A DNA stretch of 64,000 bases from an uncultured virus (IMG/VR IMGVR_UViG_3300018878_000121) (lineage: Duplodnaviria; Heunggongvirae; Uroviricota; Caudoviricetes), in the IMG/VR virus record IMGVR_UViG_3300018878_000121, positions 62,001 through 126,000 of that record, one strand, 5' to 3'. Positions within the stretch are counted from its first letter, which is position 1. Each line of letters starts with the position of its first letter. Under the pieces are notes generated by a model that saw only the letters and a program-made list of their open reading frames with translations, was not told where the DNA came from and made no database searches. Below, in pieces: positions 51,026 through 61,132 of this stretch. Made by a program: the position numbers and the translations under genes.

Positions 51026-53522
51026 CTTCTTCAATTCCTCCTTGATAACGTTCCGAAGTTAATTTTAAATCAGTTTTATTTACAATTTCTTCAATTTTAT
51101 ACAACTGATGACCTGGCGTACTATTGTATTTTTTAACAATAAAATTATCTCCAGAACGAATACCCATAACCGCAATCATATTACCACGATTAAACCAAGA
51201 TTTTTCTACAATCTTTTTAGTTCCATCAGGATTTTTGATAGAAATTTGTTTATCAAATAAAGAAAAATATTCTTTTCTAAATTTAACTTCTACAACTCCA
51301 TGAGTTGTTAATAACGTTACTGTGCTTTTAACCTTATTTTTTGCTATACAGGTTCCGCAAATTTTATGAAGTTTAAACATATGAATTTCTTTTCCTCCAC
51401 GAGCAAACACTTGGTCTACTATTGGTTCTTCTGGCAAAGCAAAGAAATCAACAAATCCATATTTATTATGATTTACATCAATTAATTCATGTTCGTGATA
51501 ATAAAAACATAAAACTTCCATCTCCCAAGCAGAAATTGTACCTGAAGCATATTTCTCCCAATCTTCAAGAAAAACAGCATCATTTATTTTTACTAAGATT
51601 TCATCTTTATTTTCATTAATCCATGTTCTAAAAATATCCATCCAATTTTGATAAATTTTTTCCCATTGCTTAATATTCATAAAGAAAATTGTATCTTTTG
51701 TTATAATCAAATTATCACAATGTACTTCAATAAGAAAATTAATAGCTCTTTCATCTAATTTATATAATTCATTATTAAATTTACAAATTGCTTTTAAATA
51801 ACGATTAAATTCATATACTCTTCTTGCTAAAATTTGTTCTTCAGTTTCAGATGGAAGTAGATTATATTTAATTAATCCACCCATATTTTGTAGAGTAATT
51901 CTTTTTTTTCTATCGCAAGTTTCCCAAATATACCAAGCCATACAAGTTTTACGTTCCATCATATCATCAAAAGCTCCACCCTTAATCAATGAAATCATAG
52001 CTTGCTTGCCTGGATTTACTTTATTCAAAAAATCTCGCGGAGATACATAAGGTCTATGTTCAATGATAGATGCTACGACATCATCACCAACATTTAATAA
52101 TCCTTTTAAACCAAAAAGAATTCTATTGTTCTCAGCATCTGGCGCAAAGCCATATTTAGATTTATTAATATTTGCTAAACTAACTTTAATACCAGCAGCT
52201 TGAATATCACCAATAGCTTTCGCAATTTTACCATAATCAGTACTTGCGCCAGCTTCTTCATCAGTTGCGCCACTATTAACAATTAAACAAGCTGTATTCC
52301 AATAGATAGGATTAAATTTAGTTGCCAATAAAATTGTTTGAATACCAACAAATGAATAAGGTAATGAATGATTTAAACTAAAAGCATATCCAAGTTGTGG
52401 AGCGACCGCAACTTCCCAGACATAATCTGCTATATTAGAATTTCCAATTTTTTCATACACTTGCGCTTTTAATTCCGGAATTTTTGACATCTGTTTTTTT
52501 GCTACTATTTTACGAGCAGCGTTTGCTTCACCTAAAGTAAAATTAGCAACCTCCATCAAAATTTCCATCATTTGCTCTTGGATAGGACAGCAACCATAAT
52601 ATTTATCACAATGTTTATGCATTAACTCAATCATTTTTTCAGGCAAATGATTAAATTTCATTTCTTTATCAAAAATATTAATTCCTGATTTTTGAATGCG
52701 AGCATATCTATCTTGCTGACTTTCTTTACCTTTTTCAGACATAAGTCTCATCATAGCATTTGCGGCAGTCATCTCTAAAGGATTTTGTGGTTTAAGTTTT
52801 TTCGCAATTGCTAATCCAACACCACCACTAAACTGAAATACATCCAATATATCACCTGCGGCTAAATGATTCCAAATATAATTTTCAGATGTGTCAATTA
52901 TTTCTGGATGAATATATTTATTATAAGTTTCTCTTAAACCAATATTTTCAATTAAATTATCCTCATGTAACATTTCAAAACATTTAATAATTTTATCAGA
53001 AACTTCAGTTACAAGAAAATCATATTTAGTATCACCTGCTGCTTCCGCCGCATGTAAGTCAAAACAAGTAATTAAATCTCCATTTGGTGCTCTCATAAAA
53101 GATGCTGTATCAAATGGATTTTTATCATAAAGAATTACACCAGAAGCATGAATGCCACGTTTATTTACTAATCCCTCTATTGAAATGATAATATCAACCA
53201 ATCCAGGATATTGATTAACTTCTTTTATAAAAGTTGTAACTGGTTTTCTATCTTTTTCTTCATCACCATATAATACTTCTGAAATAGACCATAAAAATCC
53301 ACGTTCTTGAGGAATTAATGATGACATATATTGCGCTACATCTACATCTATTCCTTCTGGATATTCTTCACTTCTATAACCACGACAAGCTGTAAGAACA
53401 GCTGATTTAGTTCCTTCAGTTCCAAAAGTTGCTACCTGAACCAAACCAAATTCTCCACGTTCTTTACGAATTGCTTCAAAAATCGCTGGTCTTTTACTTG
53501 GAGCCAGGTCTATATCAATATC
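51015..53522 (-). CDS. dnaE: DNA polymerase III alpha subunit, exon 2
   Basis: Begins DIDIDLAP (catalytic DxD); GIHASGV, KYDFL, YAFSLNHS, FGLKGL; no TAG. Confidence 0.92.
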   Translation of the reverse strand, partial: DIDIDLAPSKRPAIFEAIRKERGEFGLVQVATFGTEGTKSAVLTACRGYRSEEYPEGIDVDVAQYMSSLIPQERGFLWSISEVLYGDEEKDRKPVTTFIKEVNQYPGLVDIIISIEGLVNKRGIHASGVILYDKNPFDTASFMRAPNGDLITCFDLHAAEAAGDTKYDFLVTEVSDKIIKCFEMLHEDNLIENIGLRETYNKYIHPEIIDTSENYIWNHLAAGDILDVFQFSGGVGLAIAKKLKPQNPLEMTAANAMMRLMSEKGKESQQDRYARIQKSGINIFDKEMKFNHLPEKMIELMHKHCDKYYGCCPIQEQMMEILMEVANFTLGEANAARKIVAKKQMSKIPELKAQVYEKIGNSNIADYVWEVAVAPQLGYAFSLNHSLPYSFVGIQTILLATKFNPIYWNTACLIVNSGATDEEAGASTDYGKIAKAIGDIQAAGIKVSLANINKSKYGFAPDAENNRILFGLKGLLNVGDDVVASIIEHRPYVSPRDFLNKVNPGKQAMISLIKGGAFDDMMERKTCMAWYIWETCDRKKRITLQNMGGLIKYNLLPSETEEQILARRVYEFNRYLKAICKFNNELYKLDERAINFLIEVHCDNLIITKDTIFFMNIKQWEKIYQNWMDIFRTWINENKDEILVKINDAVFLEDWEKYASGTISAWEMEVLCFYYHEHELIDVNHNKYGFVDFFALPEEPIVDQVFARGGKEIHMFKLHKICGTCIAKNKVKSTVTLLTTHGVVEVKFRKEYFSLFDKQISIKNPDGTKKIVEKSWFNRGNMIAVMGIRSGDNFIVKKYNSTPGHQLYKIEEIVNKTDLKLTSERYQGGIEEDEN

Positions 53523-54704
53523 CGTTTATTGGACTATATTTTTCATAATGACTTACTAAGAGCATTTTACTTCAGTCATTACTAGAACATCTTTCAGACG
53601 GTGCTTATCTCCGCCTTACATAAATAGTCTCTACACATTTAATCTTATTTTTCTATTTGTTTCCAATAATAGCCTTTATATAAAGTTCCATTTTTAATCG
53701 CTTTATCTAATTGAGTGTGTCCTTTCATTCCTAAGAATTGTAAGACTGCGGTTTTAGCATTAAATATTTGAATTAAATTGTAATTTTCATCATACATTTC
53801 AATTCGTTTTCCATTTAATGCTTGATTACCACTTTTACCATACATACCATTTTTTTCGCCAGCGGTTTTACCTTTACTATTTACAGACATTTTCTACTTA
53901 GACTCTTCTGTATGTTTTTTACCATACATTCCATTATTAGAACCTTTTGTTTTTTCACTCATTTTTTGTTTAAACTCTTCAGTTCTATAAGGAGAGTTGT
54001 CTCTTTCAAATTCTGCCCAATAAGATAAAAATGCTTTAGTTTTTTCACTATGGTATTTTCCATACATTCCATTATTCTTACCACGATTTACTTCACTTAA
54101 TTTTCGGCACAAAACTTCTTTTTCTTCTGGTGTATATCCTGCGGTAGTGTTTCCTCCACAACCGCCCTCATGAATATTATAAAACAATGGATTTGATGTG
54201 GCATTATATAAGGCAATAAATTGTTTTTCTTTTTCACTATTTTCTAAATCATTTTTAGAAACAAATAAAATGGACTTTGTAAAACAGTCTTTTCCATATT
54301 TGGCAATTTCTTTTTTCAATTCTTTTCCGCTGCCTAAATATGAATCATCTAATTCTCCATAATGTTTTCCGATATATTTCATACCATTTATATTATTAGT
54401 AGTTAAATAAATATAATGTTGTTTCATTTAAACAACCCCCTTTCATATATATTTAACTTTTAGAATTAGACAATGACCTGACTTTGTCCAAGATTTTTAG
54501 CACGGTATTCCCAATCTAACCTTTTTTAGGTCATAGGGTCTCTTAGTCAGTTGATTCGCATTTATATAACATAAATCTTATTTCGCTGATACCGTTAGCC
54601 TGCGGTTACTCGTCTCGCCGGTCGGATGACCGGGCCGCCGCAGACACCCATTAAGCAATGGTTAATGTTCTTTTTTTACAACTGCCCAATATCAATATTA
54701 GACT
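53523..54704 (-). mobile_element. Group I self-splicing intron in dnaE (1182 nt)
   Basis: Exon end CUGCCU pairs with intron GGGCAG (U.G at the 5' splice site); R-like GUAGAGACUA and S-like AAAAUAUAGUCC; terminal G; removal gives in-frame ERAELP|DIDID. Confidence 0.9.
53645..54427 (-). CDS. Intron-encoded GIY-YIG homing endonuclease with NUMOD3-like repeats (260 aa, one TAG=Gln)
   Basis: YIYLTTN..NGMKYIGKH, YLGSG, FYNI..GG; three G..NGMYGK repeats; two fragments joined at TAG 53894-53896. Confidence 0.88.
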
Positions 54705-56075
54705 AGGCAGTTCGGCTCTCTCTTTATTTAAAAATCTCCAATAAGGGAGACCCCAACGAATTGGGTCAAGTTGAGTAATACCAAGCAAATAATTTGAAAG
54801 AAAACCGGTCGCAGAACCTCGTCCAGGTCCAACAATTGAACCGCATTCCCAAAACAAATCAATATAATGTTTAAAAGTATTGAAATAAGCGAAAAGACAA
54901 TCATCAAGTTTTTCTCCAATAAACTTAATTACATCTGCCTCAATTTCAATACGATTAATATATTCTTCATTAAATAAATTTTTATTTATTAATTCTTGTA
55001 GACATTCATTAATCCAATATCTTTCTTGAGATTCATCAGATATTAAAAGTGATTTAATAATCGGCCAATTAGTATCTAATTCATCTTTTAATGAATTATT
55101 AATACCAAAATAAGATAAAGTTTTAGGATAATCTTTTACTTTTACTTTTGGAATAATTTGTTTTCTTTCAATTGAATAAAATTCAATTTTATTTTTTATT
55201 TCATTTGTATTATTTAAAATCCATTCTGAAATATCATCATCTTGATAAGCATATGTTAATAATTCTTTAGCTTCATTATAATCCATTAAACGAGCAAATT
55301 CATAAAATGAATCAACTTCTCGTTCTCCACCTTTAGAATTTAAATAAGCTTTATGAACCCATCTATCTTGACTTGTATAATAATGAGCATCAGTTCCTGC
55401 GACTAATTTAATTCCAAAAGATTGAGAAATAGAGTATAATTTTTTATTAACCAATACTTGGTCTTTTGTAGTTGCTGGGGCGCATTCTAAATAGAAATCA
55501 TCACCAAATAATTCAAGACAATAATTAATAAAATCAATTATTTTTGAATAATATACTTTCATTGTTTCCATGTCTTGAACTTCTTCAGCTAAACAAAATT
55601 GTAATAAATTTGATGATAATTCTCCACCAAGACAAGCTGTTGTAGCTATTAAATGTCCTTTATATTTATTAACAATAGTTGATAATTCTTTTTTTAAAAC
55701 TGGAACTCTTTCCATTTTTCTATCAACATATAAATTATACCAAGCTATTGAACTTAATTCTTTTAATGCCATATAACCAATTTTATCTTTGGCAATTAAA
55801 ATAAAGTGATAATATTTTTGACCACTACTTCTATCATCTGTTAAATAAATTTCATTACCAAGTGCAATTGTAAAATCTGGATTTGTCTCTCTCAATTTCT
55901 TAGCATATTGATTTACTTCCATGTGCGCAGATAAACATTCATGGTCTGTAATTGCTATACCGTTTAAACCCAATTCAATTGCTTTATCAATTAAATCTTT
56001 AGGTCTATTTATACAATCAAGTAAGCGAATATTTGAATACATTGTATGATTATGACAATTAAAATAACTGTTCAT
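54705..56075 (-). CDS. dnaE: DNA polymerase III alpha subunit, exon 1 (PHP domain)
   Basis: HNHTMYS, AITDH, GTDAHY, GPGRGSA, RFLNKERAELP. Confidence 0.92.
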
Positions 56076-56112
56076 ATATATTCACTCTCCATTTTTATTT
56101 TTTCATATAAAT

Positions 56113-56141
56113 ATTATACCATATTTTATATGAAAAATCAA
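56113..56141 (-). promoter_or_regulatory. sigmaA-type promoter upstream of dnaE
   Basis: TTGATT-17 bp-TATAAT with TG extension. Confidence 0.7.
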
Positions 56142-56332
56142 GTTGTATATTCTTGAAGTACAGAAGCTAATGTACGCCTAAAATCTTCATTTCTTTGAAC
56201 TCGTAATTTTAAATCATCCATTTCAGCTTTTTCTTTATCTAATTGTTTTGCCATAGCTAATAATGAATGAGCGGCTGCTTCTAAATCGCGAGCAGCTTGT
56301 GTTAAGTTTTTTGAAGTTTCGTTTTCATCCAT
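56138..56332 (-). CDS. Small coiled-coil protein (64 aa)
   Basis: Intact ORF with AAGGAG RBS. Confidence 0.7.
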   Translation of the reverse strand: MDENETSKNLTQAARDLEAAAHSLLAMAKQLDKEKAEMDDLKLRVQRNEDFRRTLASVLQEYTT

Positions 56333-56335
56333 AGA

Positions 56336-57526
56336 TTAACTACTCCTTATTAATACTAATTTATCTTTAGCTCTTGTGATTGCTGTATATAACCATTTTT
56401 GATGTTCTTCTTTATTGAATGGAAATCTTTCTTCAAATACTAAAACTTTATTCCATTCACTACCTTGTGCTTTATGACAGGTAATAGCATAAGCATATGC
56501 AAAATCATATGGTGGCTCTAAATCACAATTTTTATTTTTTTTCATTTTATATATTTCAATTGGAGTTAATGTTGAAGTATTATTAACTAAATAATTATAA
56601 TCAATTGGAATATTCATAAAAGTATCATCTTCAAAATCCATATGAGTCATCATATATTCAATTGGTGCCGTTCTAATATATCTAAATGTATATTTATTTT
56701 GTTTAAAAAAAGAATCTATTGTTCCAATAGAGCCATTTGTGAGTGGCCAATTTCCATTAGCAGAATAGAATTCCCAATGATTAGATAGACTGATAATCTT
56801 ATCTCCGACACATGGCTCTGGGCCATATCCCTTTTTTTCTCTAATAAAATTATTTATGTAATTTCTTGTATCATTAGTGGCGCAAAGAATTTGGTCTGCC
56901 CAATCATACATTCCAGTACAAATTTCGTTTTTAGAAAATAATTTTACTTGTTCTCCTAATGCTTGAAAGCTACTTAAAGGCTTACCCTCTCTTACATGCA
57001 TTGATAGTCTAATAATTTCACTATCTTGCGCTTGCCGCATAATTTCATCAAGAAAAATATGCGGATTATCTAATACATGATTATTGTCTTCTGGATTTAC
57101 AGGTGGTAACTGGCCGGGGTCGCCGCAAGCTAATACATATATTTTATGACTTAATAACAAATCCCACATAGGCTTAGGTAACATAGATACTTCATCAACA
57201 ACAATTACTTTATAAGCATCTTCTAAGTTTTTCCGTGGTTCATGAATAAACTTTCCACTTGGTAATTGTTTAGAATAATAAAGTAATTTATGCGCAGTAG
57301 TAGCATTATAGCATCCTTTTTGTTTAAGAACAGTAGCTGCTTTACCAGTAAAAGCTATATAACAAACTTCAGTTACTGGGTCTACTGGTAAAGCTGAAAT
57401 AATATATTTAATTAAAGTACTTTTACCACTACCAGCATATCCTGAAATTATAGTATATGGTTCTTTATCAAAATATCTTTTAATAGAAATAGTTAAACCT
57501 TCTGTTTGTTTATTTGTTAATATCAT
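56336..57526 (-). CDS. RecD/Dda-like SF1B DNA helicase
   Basis: GYAGSGKST, VVDEVSM, GDPGQLPPV, YAITCHKAQGSEW, LYTAITRA. Confidence 0.9.
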   Translation of the reverse strand: MILTNKQTEGLTISIKRYFDKEPYTIISGYAGSGKSTLIKYIISALPVDPVTEVCYIAFTGKAATVLKQKGCYNATTAHKLLYYSKQLPSGKFIHEPRKNLEDAYKVIVVDEVSMLPKPMWDLLLSHKIYVLACGDPGQLPPVNPEDNNHVLDNPHIFLDEIMRQAQDSEIIRLSMHVREGKPLSSFQALGEQVKLFSKNEICTGMYDWADQILCATNDTRNYINNFIREKKGYGPEPCVGDKIISLSNHWEFYSANGNWPLTNGSIGTIDSFFKQNKYTFRYIRTAPIEYMMTHMDFEDDTFMNIPIDYNYLVNNTSTLTPIEIYKMKKNKNCDLEPPYDFAYAYAITCHKAQGSEWNKVLVFEERFPFNKEEHQKWLYTAITRAKDKLVLIRSS

Positions 57527-57528
57527 TT

Positions 57529-57762
57529 TTAATCCTCTTTATTATTTACATGAGCATGTACTAATTGTTCTAAACAATTATAAAAGTGCATTTTTTGAGT
57601 TTCTGCTTGATTATGTTCTTGTTCATAATCATGACTACGCTCTGCTTTTAATCTAGCAACTTCGTCACAGAGAATAGCATATCTAAAATAAATGCTATCA
57701 AAACCAAAATCTAATCTATCTTTATATAAATTTTCTAATGCTTTTTCCTCTATTGTAATCAT
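57529..57762 (-). CDS. Hypothetical protein (77 aa)
   Basis: Intact ORF with AAGGAG RBS, coupled to its neighbours. Confidence 0.7.
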   Translation of the reverse strand: MITIEEKALENLYKDRLDFGFDSIYFRYAILCDEVARLKAERSHDYEQEHNQAETQKMHFYNCLEQLVHAHVNNKED

Positions 57763-58118
57763 AAGTTAAACTCCTTTATAAAATTTTCGTACCATTTATC
57801 AATTTGCTCAAAAATTTCTAAATCACTTTTTTCTTTTGGTTTCTCGGTCTCAGCTTCCAACACCGGCCGGAGCAATTTTTCCTCCATTAAATAGACAGTA
57901 TTCATTATATGGTCATATGTAAGCAATTTATTTTCAGTATCATTAATCCTAGCATCTAAATTTCTCACCTAATCTTCTATTGTGTCTATACGACCGTAAC
58001 GACCAAGTGCTTTAACTATATCTGTAACTTCATATAATGAAATTCTATATTTATCTTCAAATTGATTTTCAAACCATGTGAAATTATCTTCACCAAGCTT
58101 TATTTGAGTTTGTATCAT
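57759..58118 (-). CDS. Hypothetical protein (119 aa, one TAG=Gln)
   Basis: GAGGGG RBS, ATG 58118, in frame through TAG 57969-57971 with fragment 57759-57968. Confidence 0.7.
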
Positions 58119-58157
58119 AAATATATTTACCCCTCACTTATTATTATTTCTATATAT

Positions 58158-58186
58158 ATTATATCATATTTTTTTATAAAAATCAA
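58158..58186 (-). promoter_or_regulatory. sigmaA-type promoter
   Basis: TTGATT-17 bp-TATAAT with TG extension. Confidence 0.7.
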
Positions 58187-58212
58187 AAAGGGAAGATTTT
58201 ATTCTTCCCTTA
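58186..58212 (-). terminator. Terminator-like hairpin at the end of the lysozyme-like gene
   Basis: Minus strand AAGGGAAGA...TCTTCCCTTTTT. Confidence 0.6.
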
Positions 58213-59029
58213 CAAAATATTCATATGCTTTTAAAGCATTTGTTTTTCTTACAGAATAATAAGCAGAATTGCAACGTTCATAACTTTTAGCAAAAGCTAG
58301 TGCTACTTCTTGAGCATCTTGTAATGCTAAAAACTTTTCATATGAAAAATCTTTTTGATAAGCGCGCCCAAAAGTATTAATTTCATATTCAATAGTATCT
58401 CTTAAAAAATCACATTGCTCTTGTAAACTTCCACCCACAATAGAACTATAATATGTGGTATTCCATTGGCACATTCCATAATGAACTTTGCCACCATATA
58501 GCCAATATTGAATATCTAAAGTATTACCTCCAACTTCAGCCATTATATTTCCTAAAATACCAGCAATTACATAATTATTATATCCTAAATTTTTTAAATA
58601 TAACCAAATTTCTGTTGCTACTGGATAATCTGTTTTTCTTTCTAACCAGAAATTATAATCATTTGTATATTTAGTATATAATTCATGTGCTTCTTCCCAT
58701 TCTCTTTTGGCTAATTGAATAATTAAATGATTATCTTCATATCTAAGAGCCCGAGCCATTTCTGCCATTTGATGAGCAATTTCTTTTTTATCCTGATAGT
58801 AAGAAATTTTTGTTGTTAAAATTTCTAAATCATCGGTTTCAATATATTCATGTGGAATAGTTTTTTCTGTTGAATATACTGGTTCACATTCTTCAGCCGG
58901 TACATCAGCTACACAAGTTGAAACTGGTGATAATATAATTGGTTCATCAGCTTTAATTAAAGTAGTATTTGGATTTATGTGAAAGAAAATAGATAAAGTT
59001 AAAGTGAATACAATAATATATTTTTTCAT
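58199..59029 (-). CDS. Secreted/anchored lysozyme-like cell-wall hydrolase (phage tail lysozyme type; 276 aa)
   Basis: Signal-like MKKYIIVFTLTLSIFF; IAGILGNIMAE..YGMCQW..QEQCDF..FAKSYER motifs; AGGAG RBS. Confidence 0.75.
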   Translation of the reverse strand: MKKYIIVFTLTLSIFFHINPNTTLIKADEPIILSPVSTCVADVPAEECEPVYSTEKTIPHEYIETDDLEILTTKISYYQDKKEIAHQMAEMARALRYEDNHLIIQLAKREWEEAHELYTKYTNDYNFWLERKTDYPVATEIWLYLKNLGYNNYVIAGILGNIMAEVGGNTLDIQYWLYGGKVHYGMCQWNTTYYSSIVGGSLQEQCDFLRDTIEYEINTFGRAYQKDFSYEKFLALQDAQEVALAFAKSYERCNSAYYSVRKTNALKAYEYFVREE

Positions 59030-59067
59030 AATTTTTCTCCTAATATTTCTATTAGGTCTATCGTGTT

Positions 59068-60813
59068 TTAAAAATAGTATGTTTGTTTTCCTGTAATTTC
59101 GTAATCTTCTATAATAATTTGCGGACTTACAATACCATTCCAAATATTTCGCTCGCATTTGCCAACGATATTAATTGTTACACAACCTAAATTAGAATAT
59201 AAAGATTCATATTCTTCTTTAGACGACCTGAATTTAATTAAACTCATCCCATTTGGAAGTGTAATCTTTAGAGTAGGATTTTTATCTTCAGACATTAACT
59301 TTAAATTTTCATTATTAATTTTAATATTTTCAATCGCAATTAATGGTTCTTCTACTCCTTGACCCCAAATTGTTTTTAAGTTGGCTAATTCTAAAACATC
59401 ATTAACATTCATGTCATTATGATTAAAAATATAATCAACTTTATAACTAGGGATAAACTCAAAATCCTTTAAATTATCATTAGCATATTCAATAAACTTA
59501 TCAATTCTATCATTTGTAAAAGCGCATCCAAAGGCTTGAGCATGACCTTCCGCAAATTCGTCAAGATGGCTTGATATAATAAATTCTCTAAAATTATCAA
59601 ATTTAGAATTACTTAAACCTCTACCAGAACCTTCCCAAGAATTATCATCTTGTTCATTTAAAAGTAATACTGGCTTTTGATATTTAGACATTAATTGATT
59701 TGCGATTAAGCCTGTTAAATTCTTATCAATAGAATATTTTTTTGGTAATTGAATTACTAAAATTTTATTTTTTAAAAGATTTTGTTCTTGAATGAGATTT
59801 TCAATTATTTCCAAGCTCGTGTCTCTTGCTTTAGTTTGTCTATTTTTAATATTAGAGCAATTACGACAAGCTTGTTCTACCCTTGTCTCTGTTTGACCTT
59901 GACATCCACGCTTAGTTGAAGAAATCATTTTATAACCTAAATGGTCTAACATAGATTCAAATAGAATTAGCTTTTCATTTTGCGTGCCAACCCGAATGGT
60001 TGCGTTGACATAAGGAGCAATATAAAAAGCTATACCGAATGGTGTTAACTCACCTTTTAATGAAAAGGCTTGTTTATCTACCATTCCTTTAAAAAATGGA
60101 TTACGAACTTGTTTAATACCACATCTAATTAAATGTGTAGTTTCAAAATCTCGTAAATCCATCATATCTGCTACCATACCAAGAGCAACTAAATCAAGAA
60201 ATTGATTAGCATAATCTACATCTAAAAGTTCATCAATATATGAACAAAATTTATAAACCATACCAACACCAGACAGTGATTTTGTAGGATAATCACATAG
60301 TTGATTATTAATTACGCAGGCATCTTCACATTCATATTCAGCTTCATGATGGTCAATAACTAATACATCTATATTTTTAGATTTTAATTCTTTACATTCA
60401 TCATAGCTATTGGAACTAGAATCTGGAGCAATAACTAATTTAATGTTATTAGTAATAGTTTCTGGAATTATACCATGCTGTTTTCCAGTATGTAATCTAT
60501 AGTAGATATGATTTGACACAAAAGATGGAAATAAACAATTTAAATAGTTTATAAGAGCGGCAGCGCTTGTGAAGCCATCAGCATCACTATCTACTTGAAT
60601 CATTATATCATCATTTTGTGCTATATGTTTAATAAGCATTTTAGCTCCATTATTAATATTTTTAATTAAAGAAGGAGATAAAATGTCATTATCAGTTGTA
60701 TTGAGGTAATGCTATACCTCTGCCAGAGGAATTCCTCTATTTGTTAATACTCTCTATACCGCAGTTAATTTTATTTTTTGTGGAATAGATGAATCTATAA
60801 GCTTATATTCCAT
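59068..60813 (-). CDS. recJ: RecJ-like ssDNA exonuclease (DHH family; 581 aa, two N-terminal TAG=Gln)
   Basis: DSDADG, IDHH, LGMVADMM, GSGRG, GHAQAFG; start extended to ATG 60813 (AGGAG RBS; LTNRG motif). Confidence 0.88.
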
Positions 60814-60829
60814 ATTTATCACTCCTATT

Positions 60830-61132
60830 TTAATAGAAATTATAAGCAGTAAAAGGAGGAGCGCTTGTACTAGGTCTAATGATATTATGTCTTATTTCTA
60901 CTGGAATATTATTATCTATATAAGATATATTACATTTAACGCCACGACTTAATTCAGTAGCTTTTTTTACCATCCAGTAATCGCCATTAGTAAAATGTAC
61001 TTCATATTTATATTTATTACATTGTACATCTTCAATAATATTTTCACCATAATATCGTACATAACTGTCTATAATTTCAGTTAATTTATTACAAGCATAT
61101 TCAAATGTATTTCCCCAAACTATACCTTTCAT
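60830..61132 (-). CDS. Hypothetical protein (100 aa)
   Basis: Intact ORF overlapping the primase stop (ATGA). Confidence 0.75.
   Translation of the reverse strand: MKGIVWGNTFEYACNKLTEIIDSYVRYYGENIIEDVQCNKYKYEVHFTNGDYWMVKKATELSRGVKCNISYIDNNIPVEIRHNIIRPSTSAPPFTAYNFY

Noticed and set aside
54595..54650. GC-rich stem as a possible tRNA (e.g. amber suppressor)
   Set aside because: No cloverleaf or TTC-loop pattern, and it lies inside the group I intron. I saw no tRNA in this window, so any suppressor must be elsewhere.
54651..54704. dnaE N-terminal ORF running on to 54651, read as a split gene or split intein
   Set aside because: No intein motifs are visible. The extension is intron P1 sequence, and the group I junctions restore ELP-DIDID exactly.
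59030..59158. Extended N-terminus of the lysozyme-like ORF
   Set aside because: It overlaps the recJ 3' end; the RBS and signal peptide support ATG 59029.
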